In this document: piece after piece, positions 9,369 through 18,890 of the stretch | How positions within the stretch are numbered: position 1 is the first letter of the stretch | Layout of the letters: each line of letters opens with the position of its first letter | Assembly (NCBI GenBank): GCA_963677895.2 | Contig: CAXXGJ010000018.1 | Coordinates: forward strand, 384,001 to 448,000 | DNA length: 64,000 bases | Origin: Treponemataceae bacterium | GTDB lineage: Bacteria; Spirochaetota; Spirochaetia; Treponematales; Rectinemataceae | Direction: 5' to 3' | The notes under the pieces: generated by a model | The model's database searches: none | Seen by the model: only the letters and a program-made list of their open reading frames with translations | What the model was told of the DNA's origin: nothing | Program-made: the position numbers and the translations under genes

Positions 9369-10940
9369 ATGAGAAAGTCCTTGATGATGTCGCTATTCCT
9401 GCTTTTCATCCTATGCGTATCGACCGCAGTTTTCGCGGAAGACCAAAGCACTGCAAAGCCGGTGCTGAGGATGCTATGCATAGTCGACAAAAATACACCA
9501 GATATAGACAATGTCGTGAAGCAAGCGATAGAAAAAAAGTTCAATGTTGAGCTCAAGCTGGAAAAAAGCGGCTCTGAAACAGCACATTTCGACAAGCTCC
9601 ACTTGTTGTTGGCTGCAGACGATCTGCCCGATATTGTGGCTGGATTTCAGGCCACCGAAGGCAAAACTGCTGGAATGAAAGGCGCACTCCTCGCATTCAA
9701 TAAATACCAGAGTATTATGCCGAATTTCTTCAAGTGGATGAAAACAGACAAGAATGCAATCCAAAATATCACTGCTGGAGATGGTAATATCTACTCTGCA
9801 CCTCGTTACGACCTCTTTCTGAGAGTCAATCGTGTCCCAATAATGAGAGTTGATCTCCTTAAGAAACTCAACCTTCCCATCCCGAAAACTTTCGATGAGC
9901 TATACAATACGCTCAAGGCAATAAAAGCGAAGTATCCTAGCAACCTTGGCATGTATAGCAACTTCGGGTACCAAGACCTCACTAATTGGGGATTTTACTT
10001 CAATACGAACGTAGGGTATGGATCAGTATCTGGTATGTACTACGACCGATATCAAGATAAATGGGTATACGGTCCAACGAACGAAGGGTACCTCGAGGAG
10101 ATCACGTTCTTCAATAAACTCTGGAAGGATAAGCTCATGGATCCAGAGTTCTTTACTACAACCACAAAAATGTACAATGAGAAAGCGACAAATGGCAACG
10201 TTGCTGTCGTTATGACGACGGACGATGCTTCATGGAAAATGGAGCTCCAGCATAAAATAGCGTATCCCACTTCTGATCTTGACTACGAAATCGTTATCCC
10301 TTTCAGATCAATATCTCTTCCTGAACCGGCAGTATCGATGCGTCAATATGTGAATTCGCCATGGAGTTGGTCTGTTTCTGCGAAAACAAAATACCCGGAA
10401 CTTGTATGCCGCATCATTGACTGGATGTACTCGGAAGAAGGTAGCTTTCAGACAACCGCTGGTTTCGAAGGCGTCCAATATACCTTTACTCAACAGAACG
10501 GTAAGCGTGTTTGGAAGTTTCTTCCTGAGATCATCCGTGAGTACAACCCCGATGGTAAGTACGATCCGCGCCCGAAGTATGCTTTGCGACACCCCTACTG
10601 GGTACGTCTGAACCGTGACTATTACGAAGAGTTCACACCAGAAAACGACTTCATCCAGCAGCACAACGAAACGCTCCAAGCTATGTACAAGCTGCCTGGG
10701 TATCAGAGGAACAACGACAATATCGAGCTCACTTTCTCAGACGAACAAAACGATGAGATGCAGAAAATCTTAACCAACTTACAGACGTATGTGGATGAGA
10801 ACACAGTTAATTTTATTATTGGCGAGAGACCGCTCTCTGAATACCCAGCTTTCAAGAAGGAAATGGAGAAGTTCGGGTCTAAGAAGCTTGAATCGATCTA
10901 CGCTGCGTCGTATGCCATATGGAAGAAATACGCAAAATAA
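9369..10940 (+). CDS. Extracellular solute-binding protein (LplA-type)
   Basis: Signal peptide after AAGGAG RBS; LLLAADDLPDI, PKTFDELYNTLKAIK, FIIGERPLSEY; follows two permeases. Confidence 0.85.
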   Translation: MRKSLMMSLFLLFILCVSTAVFAEDQSTAKPVLRMLCIVDKNTPDIDNVVKQAIEKKFNVELKLEKSGSETAHFDKLHLLLAADDLPDIVAGFQATEGKTAGMKGALLAFNKYQSIMPNFFKWMKTDKNAIQNITAGDGNIYSAPRYDLFLRVNRVPIMRVDLLKKLNLPIPKTFDELYNTLKAIKAKYPSNLGMYSNFGYQDLTNWGFYFNTNVGYGSVSGMYYDRYQDKWVYGPTNEGYLEEITFFNKLWKDKLMDPEFFTTTTKMYNEKATNGNVAVVMTTDDASWKMELQHKIAYPTSDLDYEIVIPFRSISLPEPAVSMRQYVNSPWSWSVSAKTKYPELVCRIIDWMYSEEGSFQTTAGFEGVQYTFTQQNGKRVWKFLPEIIREYNPDGKYDPRPKYALRHPYWVRLNRDYYEEFTPENDFIQQHNETLQAMYKLPGYQRNNDNIELTFSDEQNDEMQKILTNLQTYVDENTVNFIIGERPLSEYPAFKKEMEKFGSKKLESIYAASYAIWKKYAK

Positions 10941-11015
10941 TGGAAATGGCCACCGGCTTATGACGGTGGCTGATGAAAATAATGTAGCGAACGAATGGAA
11001 ACAAGCAGGAGTATC

Positions 11016-12443
11016 ATGGAAAACTTTATAGAGAAGCAACGGACCATACCCGTCGCCGGCATATATGATGTACTTATAGCGGGAGGCGGAGTCTCGGGAT
11101 TCTCAGCAGCGATCGCCGCCGCAAGAACAGGGGCCAAAACCCTAATCATTGAGAGATTAGGTTGGCTCGGCGGATTCCTTGATTCCGGATGGGGGGCTGG
11201 TACAGTCGGCTATGTCTTCAACGACAACAACGGTGAGACAATCCTCAAGGGAATCTGTTGGGAAATACTTGAACGACTCAAAGCAAAGGGATGGGCGATG
11301 GGAGCGGGAGAGCGGAGGTTTCTTAGGAATACGTGGCCGTACGAGACGGACAACCGGGTATTCCGGCCGCAAATCATGCAAGAACCGGCCAAAGCAGTGG
11401 TCATGCAGATGGTCGAGGAAGCTGGAGCCCAGATACTCCTTCATACTTGGATATCGGATGTAATTATGGAGAATGGAGAAGTTCAAGGCCTTGTGGTGGA
11501 GAACAAATCCGGGCGTCAAGCGATTTTCGCCAAAGTGACTGTGGATTGTACCGGTGATGGAGATGTTGCGTTCAAGGCCGGAGCGCCAATGGAGATTCTG
11601 CCCGCAAACCAGAGATACCAGGTAACCAGGAACCTTACACTTGTGAACGTAGACACCAAGACAATCCGCGAAAACATTGTAAAAAATACGGACCATTACT
11701 CTTACCTCATGGAGCCAATCAACGTCCCTGAAGGAATGCAGCATCCAATAAACGGGACTGAATTTCCGATCGAACGGCTCGAGGTTACCGAGGATGGACG
11801 CCATCTGAAAGGTGGACCAGGTTCGCACAGCTTCAACGGTGTTGGTATTCTTCAGGGAGTAAGTCAGATCGGAGCGAGTTTGGACGACGTAGATGCTACC
11901 GATGCCTGGGAGATCACGAAAGCAGAGATAGTGCTCCGGAAGAAGCTCATTGAACACTGGGAAAAGCTTCGAAAGGAACGACCTGAATATAGAAACTGCT
12001 TACTAGTCGCCGGATCGCTGGATCTGGGGGTCCGCGAGTCGAGGCGGCTCAAAGGCGAGTATTTCCTAAGTGAACGGGATATCGCTGAAGGACGGCGATT
12101 CAAGGATGCTATTGCACAGTCGATGATCGCACTCGATTGCCATCACCGAGGTGGTAACTGGGAGGAGGTTGCCCCGAAGGGTGCATATGACCTTCCCTAT
12201 AGGATAATGCTTCCACAAGGAGTCAACGGGCTGCTTGTCTCGGGGCGTTGTTCTTCCATAGATCACCTAGCGCATGCGGCAGTTAGGAAGATCCCAAACT
12301 GCATGGCGCTCGGCCAAGCTGCAGGCGCGGCAGCAGCGCTCTGCGCGAAACGATGCGAGACGCCTAGAAATCTAGATATCCGCGAACTCCAGCGGCTGCT
12401 TATCTCTCAGGGAGTACCGCTAGTTGTCGATACTTCGGTTTAG
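11016..12443 (+). CDS. FAD-dependent oxidoreductase (FAD_oxidored-like family)
   Basis: DVLIAGGGVSGFSAAIAAAR, VDCTGDGD, GVRESRRLKG, YDLPYRIMLP..LLVSGRCSS, CMALGQAAG. Confidence 0.85.
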   Translation: MENFIEKQRTIPVAGIYDVLIAGGGVSGFSAAIAAARTGAKTLIIERLGWLGGFLDSGWGAGTVGYVFNDNNGETILKGICWEILERLKAKGWAMGAGERRFLRNTWPYETDNRVFRPQIMQEPAKAVVMQMVEEAGAQILLHTWISDVIMENGEVQGLVVENKSGRQAIFAKVTVDCTGDGDVAFKAGAPMEILPANQRYQVTRNLTLVNVDTKTIRENIVKNTDHYSYLMEPINVPEGMQHPINGTEFPIERLEVTEDGRHLKGGPGSHSFNGVGILQGVSQIGASLDDVDATDAWEITKAEIVLRKKLIEHWEKLRKERPEYRNCLLVAGSLDLGVRESRRLKGEYFLSERDIAEGRRFKDAIAQSMIALDCHHRGGNWEEVAPKGAYDLPYRIMLPQGVNGLLVSGRCSSIDHLAHAAVRKIPNCMALGQAAGAAAALCAKRCETPRNLDIRELQRLLISQGVPLVVDTSV

Positions 12444-12593
12444 GATCTCTACGACACCCGCATTTCAGTAACCAGCCCCAGGCGATGCACACGATTGCCC
12501 GGGGCCCTTATATAGCGTCCGCTTCTTTAGAAACAGTCGTTAAAAAACAGAAATTTAATGAAATGCAGTTTATGCGATGATTATGGAGGTTTT

Positions 12594-13265
12594 ATGATTC
12601 ATCAGAAAAAATCAATTTTCGTTATTCATACGAGTTTTGTTTCAGTTGATCACTTAAAGGCGCTTTTCACTGAAATCATACCAGAAGCTATCGTCAACCA
12701 TATAGTCGACGATAGTCTTCTAGCTGATGTCACAGTCAACGGCAAGATTACTCCAGCTATCGTTCGTCGAATCTGCTTTTATGCACAATCCGCGGAAGCT
12801 CGCGGCGCTGATCTTGTTGTTAACCAATGTTCTTCAGTTGGCGAGGCAGTCAATATCGCTCGGGCAACGATCGGAATCCCTTATATTAAAATTGACGAGC
12901 CTATGGCAGCCGAGGCAGTACGGTTGGGTCATCGGATTGCGGTAATCGCCACAGTAGCAAGTACAGTAAAGCCTAGTGTTGGGCTGGTGAAGGAGGCGGC
13001 TACAGCTGCCGGAAAAGAAATCGTAGTCAATGAATATCTAGTGGATGGCGCAATGGAAATCTTGATAAAAGAAGGCAATCGCGAGAAACATAACAAACTT
13101 GTGTTGGCTGCGATCGAAAAAGCTCAATTGGAAAACGATGTAATTGTGCTTGCTCAAGGTAGTATGGTCGTGTTACTGCCTCTTTTGGGCAAAATAAAAA
13201 TTCCAGTACTGAGCAGCCCGCGTCTAGGTGTTGAAAATGCAAAAAGGGTTCTTGGACTTTTGTAG
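12594..13265 (+). CDS. Asp/Glu/hydantoin racemase-fold protein
   Basis: Motifs IHTS, VDDSLL, NQCSSVG, IDEPMA, VIATVAST, DVIVLAQGSM, VLSSP; GGAGG RBS. Confidence 0.75.
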   Translation: MIHQKKSIFVIHTSFVSVDHLKALFTEIIPEAIVNHIVDDSLLADVTVNGKITPAIVRRICFYAQSAEARGADLVVNQCSSVGEAVNIARATIGIPYIKIDEPMAAEAVRLGHRIAVIATVASTVKPSVGLVKEAATAAGKEIVVNEYLVDGAMEILIKEGNREKHNKLVLAAIEKAQLENDVIVLAQGSMVVLLPLLGKIKIPVLSSPRLGVENAKRVLGLL

Positions 13266-13382
13266 CCTGAGAGAGTTTACATGATTGATAACTAAAATTA
13301 GTTATCCGCAAGGTTATTATTTCATTGTCAGCTATTGAATACAGACATTGTGCGAGAATAAATGAAATAGTGGAGGATTTGC

Positions 13383-14423
13383 ATGGAAGGTTATTTTAAG
13401 CGAGTTCAGCACGAGACCGCGAGCCGATTTTGGATAAACAACGTTACGAGAAAGGAAGCAGCGCTGGCTATCGATGCCGGAGCGGTGGGGTGTACGCAGA
13501 ACCCTTCCTATATCTGGAAAATGCTTACATCTGAGGATGAACATGAATTCGCGGAAACGAAACTAACGAAAATTCTGCAAACCACAAGCGATGACAATGA
13601 AGCACTGGAAATATTGCAGCGCGAATTAGTAGGAAATATTGCTTATCTTTTCAGACCCATGTATGAAGCTTCGGGAGGTGAGATAGGTTATGTGAGTATT
13701 CAGGGTGATCCCTTCGACGAAAGCCGTGAGACAATCCTCAGACTGGCCCGTGAGAACAGGAAAATGGGGCCGAATATCATGATCAAGATTCCGGTTACGG
13801 AGGGAGGACTCGAGGCTGTGCGGGAATGCATTAGCGAAGGCATACCTGTTAACGCCACCGAAGTAATGAGTCTTCACCAGGCTATGGATCTTTGCGATGT
13901 GTACGATGAAGCGACGAAAGGGATGGCCTATCCGCCGAAAGTTTATTTGTCGCATATCGCGGGGATATTTGACGAGTATCTGGCACATGCAGTAGCTGCG
14001 GCTAATATTGATGTCTCGTCAGACCATTTGCATCAGGCGGGCAAGATTATCGCCAAGAAAATTCGATCCTACATGGACTGCCGCGTCACTAAGGTCGGGT
14101 TCATTAACGGCGGCGCTCGCGGACTTCATCATTTTACTGAGTGGGTTGGCGCGAATATTTCAACAACGATCAACTGGAAGGGTACGGCTGAGGATCTTAT
14201 TCATCTCGATCCTCCAATTGTAAGCCGTTTTGATACCCCGATCCCAGATGCAGTGGTGGATTCCCTTATTTTGAAGGTGGAAGATTTCGCCCGTGCCTAC
14301 TGGCCCGGCGGGCTCGAGCCGCACGAATACGAAGAATTCGGGCCCGTTGTCCTTTTCTGCTCCAGCTTTAGAAAAGCTTGGGAAAATTCTTTGGCTCGTA
14401 TCGCCGAAATCCGGAAAGCCTAA
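13383..14423 (+). CDS. Transaldolase/FSA-family class I aldolase (atypical)
   Basis: GCTQNPS, GYVSIQGDP, Schiff-base Lys in NIMIKIP, VNATE. Confidence 0.8.
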   Translation: MEGYFKRVQHETASRFWINNVTRKEAALAIDAGAVGCTQNPSYIWKMLTSEDEHEFAETKLTKILQTTSDDNEALEILQRELVGNIAYLFRPMYEASGGEIGYVSIQGDPFDESRETILRLARENRKMGPNIMIKIPVTEGGLEAVRECISEGIPVNATEVMSLHQAMDLCDVYDEATKGMAYPPKVYLSHIAGIFDEYLAHAVAAANIDVSSDHLHQAGKIIAKKIRSYMDCRVTKVGFINGGARGLHHFTEWVGANISTTINWKGTAEDLIHLDPPIVSRFDTPIPDAVVDSLILKVEDFARAYWPGGLEPHEYEEFGPVVLFCSSFRKAWENSLARIAEIRKA

Positions 14424-14909
14424 GTAATTCATGGCTTTTGATATTAGCGTATCGTTCGATTATATAGTTTGCCCAAGTAAATAGCCCTGATTTGTTGTCT
14501 TCGGAGCTTTTTATGGATCTTGTATGAAACCGAGATACCGGTTATTGAAGGACCCATTCAAGTTTGAAGCGCAAAAGGAACATGCAGGAAAAGCTCACAC
14601 GGAGTCCGAAAGCTAAGTGATTTCCTTTGTCGATTATTGATCTTCTCAACATAAATCGCAAGCTGCTTTTGGGTCGGATAATCAAGGCGCATATTCTTAG
14701 ACAAATACTGGAGAAGAAGTCCATTGGTATGTTCATTAAGGCCACGCTCCCAAGAATGATCTGGATGAGCGAAAAATATTAATGTATTAATTGCTTTCGA
14801 TAACGTAAACTATCTTTCGCACATTTAGAAGGTTTAAAAGAGACACCCTCATCTTGTTAAGTTGAGTTGCCAGACAAAACTTGGCAAAAAAGAGGGCGCC
14901 ATGCAATAC

Positions 14910-16229
14910 CTAAGCTACTACCTTTGTTATCTCTTTTTCTCTCTTGAGCATCTTTACGAAAGCCTTTTTTGTTGCAGCAGCCACAGCGAGCACGTCGACT
15001 TCCTTCTTATGCCCGGCGTAGACATTGAATACTGCTGAACTGTTGTGCCCGGTCACCGTCTTAAGCTTTTTCTCGTCTACATAGAGGCAGACATTGCTCG
15101 TGTAATAGTGTCTCCAGGAATGGAAGTCGATGTTTCGTTCTTTTCTCTGCTCGTTGCTGATTCCTATGCTTTCCATGGCACTCACGAGTCCGTTCAGCAT
15201 GTTGTCGCCTAAGGCAGGCTTGTCCGGCTCGGTCCCATAAAATACATAGTTGGTATCGCTGTTGTCATGGAGGTTCTTTTGCAGAAGCATCAAGAGTTCA
15301 TCCTTGATCTCCTTTATTAAGAGCACGATTCGTAACTTGTTGTTCTTGGGCTTCTTCCTGCCATCCATCTCGGTCCAGTTCCATACTTCCAGCGAGGATT
15401 CCTTTATATTTATTCTCTGTATCCCTAGGCATCCTCCAAGCCTTAGTCCGGTTGTGCATACCAGGATATTCCTCACTCTCGCCATCTCGTCTTTCCAGAC
15501 AGCTATAGAGAAGAGCTTCTGTACCTCTTCATCAGTCAGTATCCCCCGTTCCTCATTTGTTTCGGAGATCCTCTCCAGGCTCTCTGCGGGATTACTGGCA
15601 ATCAACTTGTTTTTCTTGGCCCATTTGAGCGGTGTGGTGCCGGCGAGCATGGTCTTGTTGATGGTTGCATCGGCGAGTCCTTTTTCCGAAAGTTGCACAC
15701 AGAGCTGCTTCAGCTCCAGTTCGGTGATCGATGACATCATCCTTCCCCTAAATGCTTCCCAATGCGTCAGCCGGTGCGCCATGTCGTAACAATGTTTTTT
15801 TGTGATGGATTTCTTGTGCACGAGGCGATCTTTGACATAGGTGGATTTTTCATAGTTCCAGAAGTTTTCAAAGAATGGCAGGAATTCCACATCGCCGGGG
15901 TTCGTTACCCTTGGCAGAACGTTTACAAGGCCGCGGGATTCAAGGATTTTAACGATTTCTTCAGCCTCTTCCTTCAGGAGCGGCGCTTTTTTAACAGCTG
16001 ATAGAATGCTCTCACTTTTCAGATATTCACGCAATTCTATCTTTGATCTAGACTTACGTGCTGGGATTCCATTTTTTGCCCATTCCATGACGATCGCGAG
16101 CGCTTTCAGCTTATCCTTTGTTCCCGTACTTTTGGCTGTTGTCCACCTTCCTGAATTGGGAATCTTGAATAGGACATTCCAGTATTTGCCTCGTTTCCGT
16201 AGGAGAAAATTAGATGGTTCAGGATTCAT
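14910..16229 (-). CDS. Tyrosine recombinase/integrase (island 2)
   Basis: Catalytic motifs TTGLR, FHSWRH, GH...VY; N-terminal arm-binding-like region; lies just beyond a tRNA-derived att repeat. Confidence 0.9.
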   Translation of the reverse strand: MNPEPSNFLLRKRGKYWNVLFKIPNSGRWTTAKSTGTKDKLKALAIVMEWAKNGIPARKSRSKIELREYLKSESILSAVKKAPLLKEEAEEIVKILESRGLVNVLPRVTNPGDVEFLPFFENFWNYEKSTYVKDRLVHKKSITKKHCYDMAHRLTHWEAFRGRMMSSITELELKQLCVQLSEKGLADATINKTMLAGTTPLKWAKKNKLIASNPAESLERISETNEERGILTDEEVQKLFSIAVWKDEMARVRNILVCTTGLRLGGCLGIQRINIKESSLEVWNWTEMDGRKKPKNNKLRIVLLIKEIKDELLMLLQKNLHDNSDTNYVFYGTEPDKPALGDNMLNGLVSAMESIGISNEQRKERNIDFHSWRHYYTSNVCLYVDEKKLKTVTGHNSSAVFNVYAGHKKEVDVLAVAAATKKAFVKMLKREKEITKVVA

Positions 16230-16397
16230 CTCGGCACCCCTTAGTCGTTTGACGAGAGATACGGAGTATTGGAAGCGGGTCAATCCCGGCTTTCAGGAAG
16301 CTTGCATTTCAAACTCTTCATTTCACAGTGCTCATGCAAGCAGTTCCTACCAAGGATTGCTTTTTCTGCAACTCATAATGCCATGAAGGAATACGTT

Positions 16398-16442
16398 AGC
16401 CGAAGCCGGGAATCGAACCCGGTACCTGCGCATTACGAGTGC
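16398..16442 (-). repeat. att site: 45-bp copy of the tRNA-Thr 3' half
   Basis: AGCCGAAGCCGGGAATCGAACCCGGTACCTGCGCATTACGAGTGC is identical to 44821-44865. Confidence 0.95.
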
Positions 16443-16576
16443 ATATTCTATTAAGCATGCAGTAGCTTACACTACTATAGTATTTACATAATTCGTTTCA
16501 GTCAATAGATATACTTTCTATAGCGTTACTTTTGGTTGCTTAGTCTCGCTCAATTTATTAAGCAATTTTGGTCAAC

Positions 16577-16596
16577 TTTGCTACCGATTTTGCTAC
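16577..16596 (+). promoter_or_regulatory. Putative integrase arm-type sites (TTTGCTAC x2)
   Basis: TTTGCTAC at 16577 and 16589; an identical pair with the same 12-bp period lies at 44728/44740. Confidence 0.6.
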
Positions 16597-17172
16597 AGGA
16601 TTTTGCGTAAACTTTTAAAATGATCAATTTTGATTTGTTAAGCATTATATGGTTTAAAGCTCCCTAGGTAAGAGAATAGGACCTAAATACATATATAATA
16701 TTGATATAAAAAGCTTATCACAGGGTGCTATGATTTCTTTCTGTAAAAGTACTTATTTCTGCCAATATCATAAGTAGCCGCTGTTATTGCTCATCATTAT
16801 TCTCGATTTCTATAAATATTGCTTAAGTATTTTATTAGTAATAAATTATCGAGTCTTGTTACTTATTAAGATCGAACGCATATCCATAGCAGCTAATCCA
16901 CGACTCTCGGTTTTTTATATCAAATTGGTGATAGCGAAATCGATACTAAACCGACCGAACCGCCCAATGGTTTTACGTTTCAGTCCCATAGGGGTGAGGA
17001 CGATATTAATGATACTTAGGATTTCGTGAATTAATGACATGCAGTATAGGTTACCATTCGGTCTGGTCAAAAAGACTGAGTCAACATGGCCCTTGGTGCT
17101 ATCCTCATGCTAGCACCAGGAAGCGCGGAGCGAGCCCCGATGTTAGCTTCGCTCCGTCCTTCAATCTGAGGT

Positions 17173-18666
17173 TTATATGCCTTTCAACGCGGAATAGTTT
17201 TCTTCTTTATACCTTCGCCATCTTTCGTATACCGAATCATAGGCTTCACGGGATTTTGGCTCGGGCAAGGAAATGTTCTCCACCGAGTTGATTGTCCTCG
17301 CCGCCTCGATCATGCCTTTGTAGAATCCGATCGCCTTGCCCGCAATTATAACTGATCCGAGGAGGGAGCAGTCGTGGATTCTCATCCGGGCATAGGTGGT
17401 GTCCAGAATATCCGCTTTCATTTGGTTCCACATCAGATTTTCCGACCCTCCACCGAAAACTCGGATTTCGCTGAAATCGGGCAGATCGAGCAGGTCATGA
17501 ATAGCAGTCGCATAGCTCTTGTATTCAAAGGCGATGGATTCTAGGATCGCGCGGTAGGCGTGTGCCTGGCTGTGATTCCATTTGATCCCTAGGTAGGCGC
17601 CACCGAGCGATGGGTCCAGGGTTGTCCCTCCGATATATGGGTAAAAGGCCAATCCTTCAGAACCAGGCGGGATGCTGTTCGCCTGCGTGGTGAGAGCTCT
17701 CAGGTCGGACTGCGGAACAAAATTATCCGCGAACCATCGAATGCAGCCCCCTCCGTTCGTAAAGCAGAAAGCATACCAGAATCCTTCGATCGGAGAGCGG
17801 AGGGTGCGCACCAAGCCTGCAGGATCGGGATTCCAGGTGCTAGAGCAGGCGAAAAACAAGGAAGCAGTCCCGGAGATATCTCCGGCCTGTCCGGGTTCTA
17901 GGACTCCCGCGCCTATTCCTCCCGCCGGGAAATCTCCCGCACCTGAGACCACAGGTATTCCCGTAGGAATACCCAACTCACGGGCATATTCCGCGCACAA
18001 TTTCCCGACGATCCTGGTTGGTTCCACGACCTCCGGCAACTTTTCTATTGTTATCCCACAGACTTTGCAGATCTCCTCGTCCCAGGTGTCGGTCTCGTAG
18101 TCGATCATGCCGGTATATCCGGTGGAGGTATTCTCGAAGTAAGCTTGGGCCCCTTTCAATCCGGCGAGCTTGCCGCCGACGTAGGTGGCTGGAATTACCA
18201 ATTTGCATGCTCGATCGTAGATCGCCGGCTTGTTCGCCTTCCACCACAACATTTTGGGGCCAGTCGTAATAATGCGCTTGTTGCCACCCTTCGCTAGTAT
18301 GCGCTCCCCGCAGCTTCGATCCATGACCTGGACGAAAGGCACGAAGCGGTTATCCAGCCAGGAATCGAAGGGACTTATCGCGTTGTAATCTTCATCGATC
18401 CATATAAGCCCAGCCTGCTGCCCGTCCATGACAATGGCGGCTATATCGGCACTATATATCCCCGAGGCTTGTATGCACTCTTTCATCCCCTCAATGGTAG
18501 AACTAAGCATTTCTCCTGGATCCTGGGTGACTGAATCAGGTTCAGGATGATACAGTTTGGTTGCTTTAGTAGCCGTATGCACGATCTTGTTGATGGCCAG
18601 GTTGAACAGGATAGTCTTCGTTCCTGATCCGCCGATATCGGAAGCTAATACGTAAACGTCCTTCAT
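17173..18666 (-). CDS. FGGY-family carbohydrate kinase (xylulokinase-like)
   Basis: Motifs SDIGGSGTK, DGQQAG, SWLDNR, GDISGTA, RAILESIAF, FGGGSENLMWNQMKADIL. Confidence 0.9.
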   Translation of the reverse strand: MKDVYVLASDIGGSGTKTILFNLAINKIVHTATKATKLYHPEPDSVTQDPGEMLSSTIEGMKECIQASGIYSADIAAIVMDGQQAGLIWIDEDYNAISPFDSWLDNRFVPFVQVMDRSCGERILAKGGNKRIITTGPKMLWWKANKPAIYDRACKLVIPATYVGGKLAGLKGAQAYFENTSTGYTGMIDYETDTWDEEICKVCGITIEKLPEVVEPTRIVGKLCAEYARELGIPTGIPVVSGAGDFPAGGIGAGVLEPGQAGDISGTASLFFACSSTWNPDPAGLVRTLRSPIEGFWYAFCFTNGGGCIRWFADNFVPQSDLRALTTQANSIPPGSEGLAFYPYIGGTTLDPSLGGAYLGIKWNHSQAHAYRAILESIAFEYKSYATAIHDLLDLPDFSEIRVFGGGSENLMWNQMKADILDTTYARMRIHDCSLLGSVIIAGKAIGFYKGMIEAARTINSVENISLPEPKSREAYDSVYERWRRYKEENYSALKGI

Positions 18667-18791
18667 GACTCTTTTCTCTCCTTCCAGACAGAATTGCTCC
18701 GCCCAAATGGGCTAGATCTCCTTAAGATATTATGCATTATAACCTAAAAAAAAGTAAAATGGAAAAAATTTGATAAAATAAAAGAAAAAAC

Positions 18792-18820
18792 TTGACAGGG
18801 TAAAAAACCCGTCATACTCT
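18792..18820 (+). promoter_or_regulatory. Putative sigma70 promoter with overlapping operator-like inverted repeat
   Basis: TTGACA-N17-TACTCT; inverted repeat TGACAGGGT-AAAAA-ACCCGTCA at 18793-18814. Confidence 0.6.
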
Positions 18821-18890
18821 TCTACTCGGTAAGCTAGACCAAGGTCGTGGCTTTGGTTATTAGCTACTAATTTCTATAAAGGAGGATCTG

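Noticed and set aside
14430..14840. Short ORFs between the transaldolase and int2 genes
   Set aside because: Multiple stops in all frames, no convincing RBS or motif. May be a decayed gene but cannot be called.
16398..16442. Second tRNA-Thr gene
   Set aside because: Only the 3' 45 nt are present; the D-arm and 5' acceptor strand are missing. It is an att repeat.
16787..17291. Small plus-strand ORFs as excisionase candidates
   Set aside because: AT-rich, no RBS, no HTH-like pattern.
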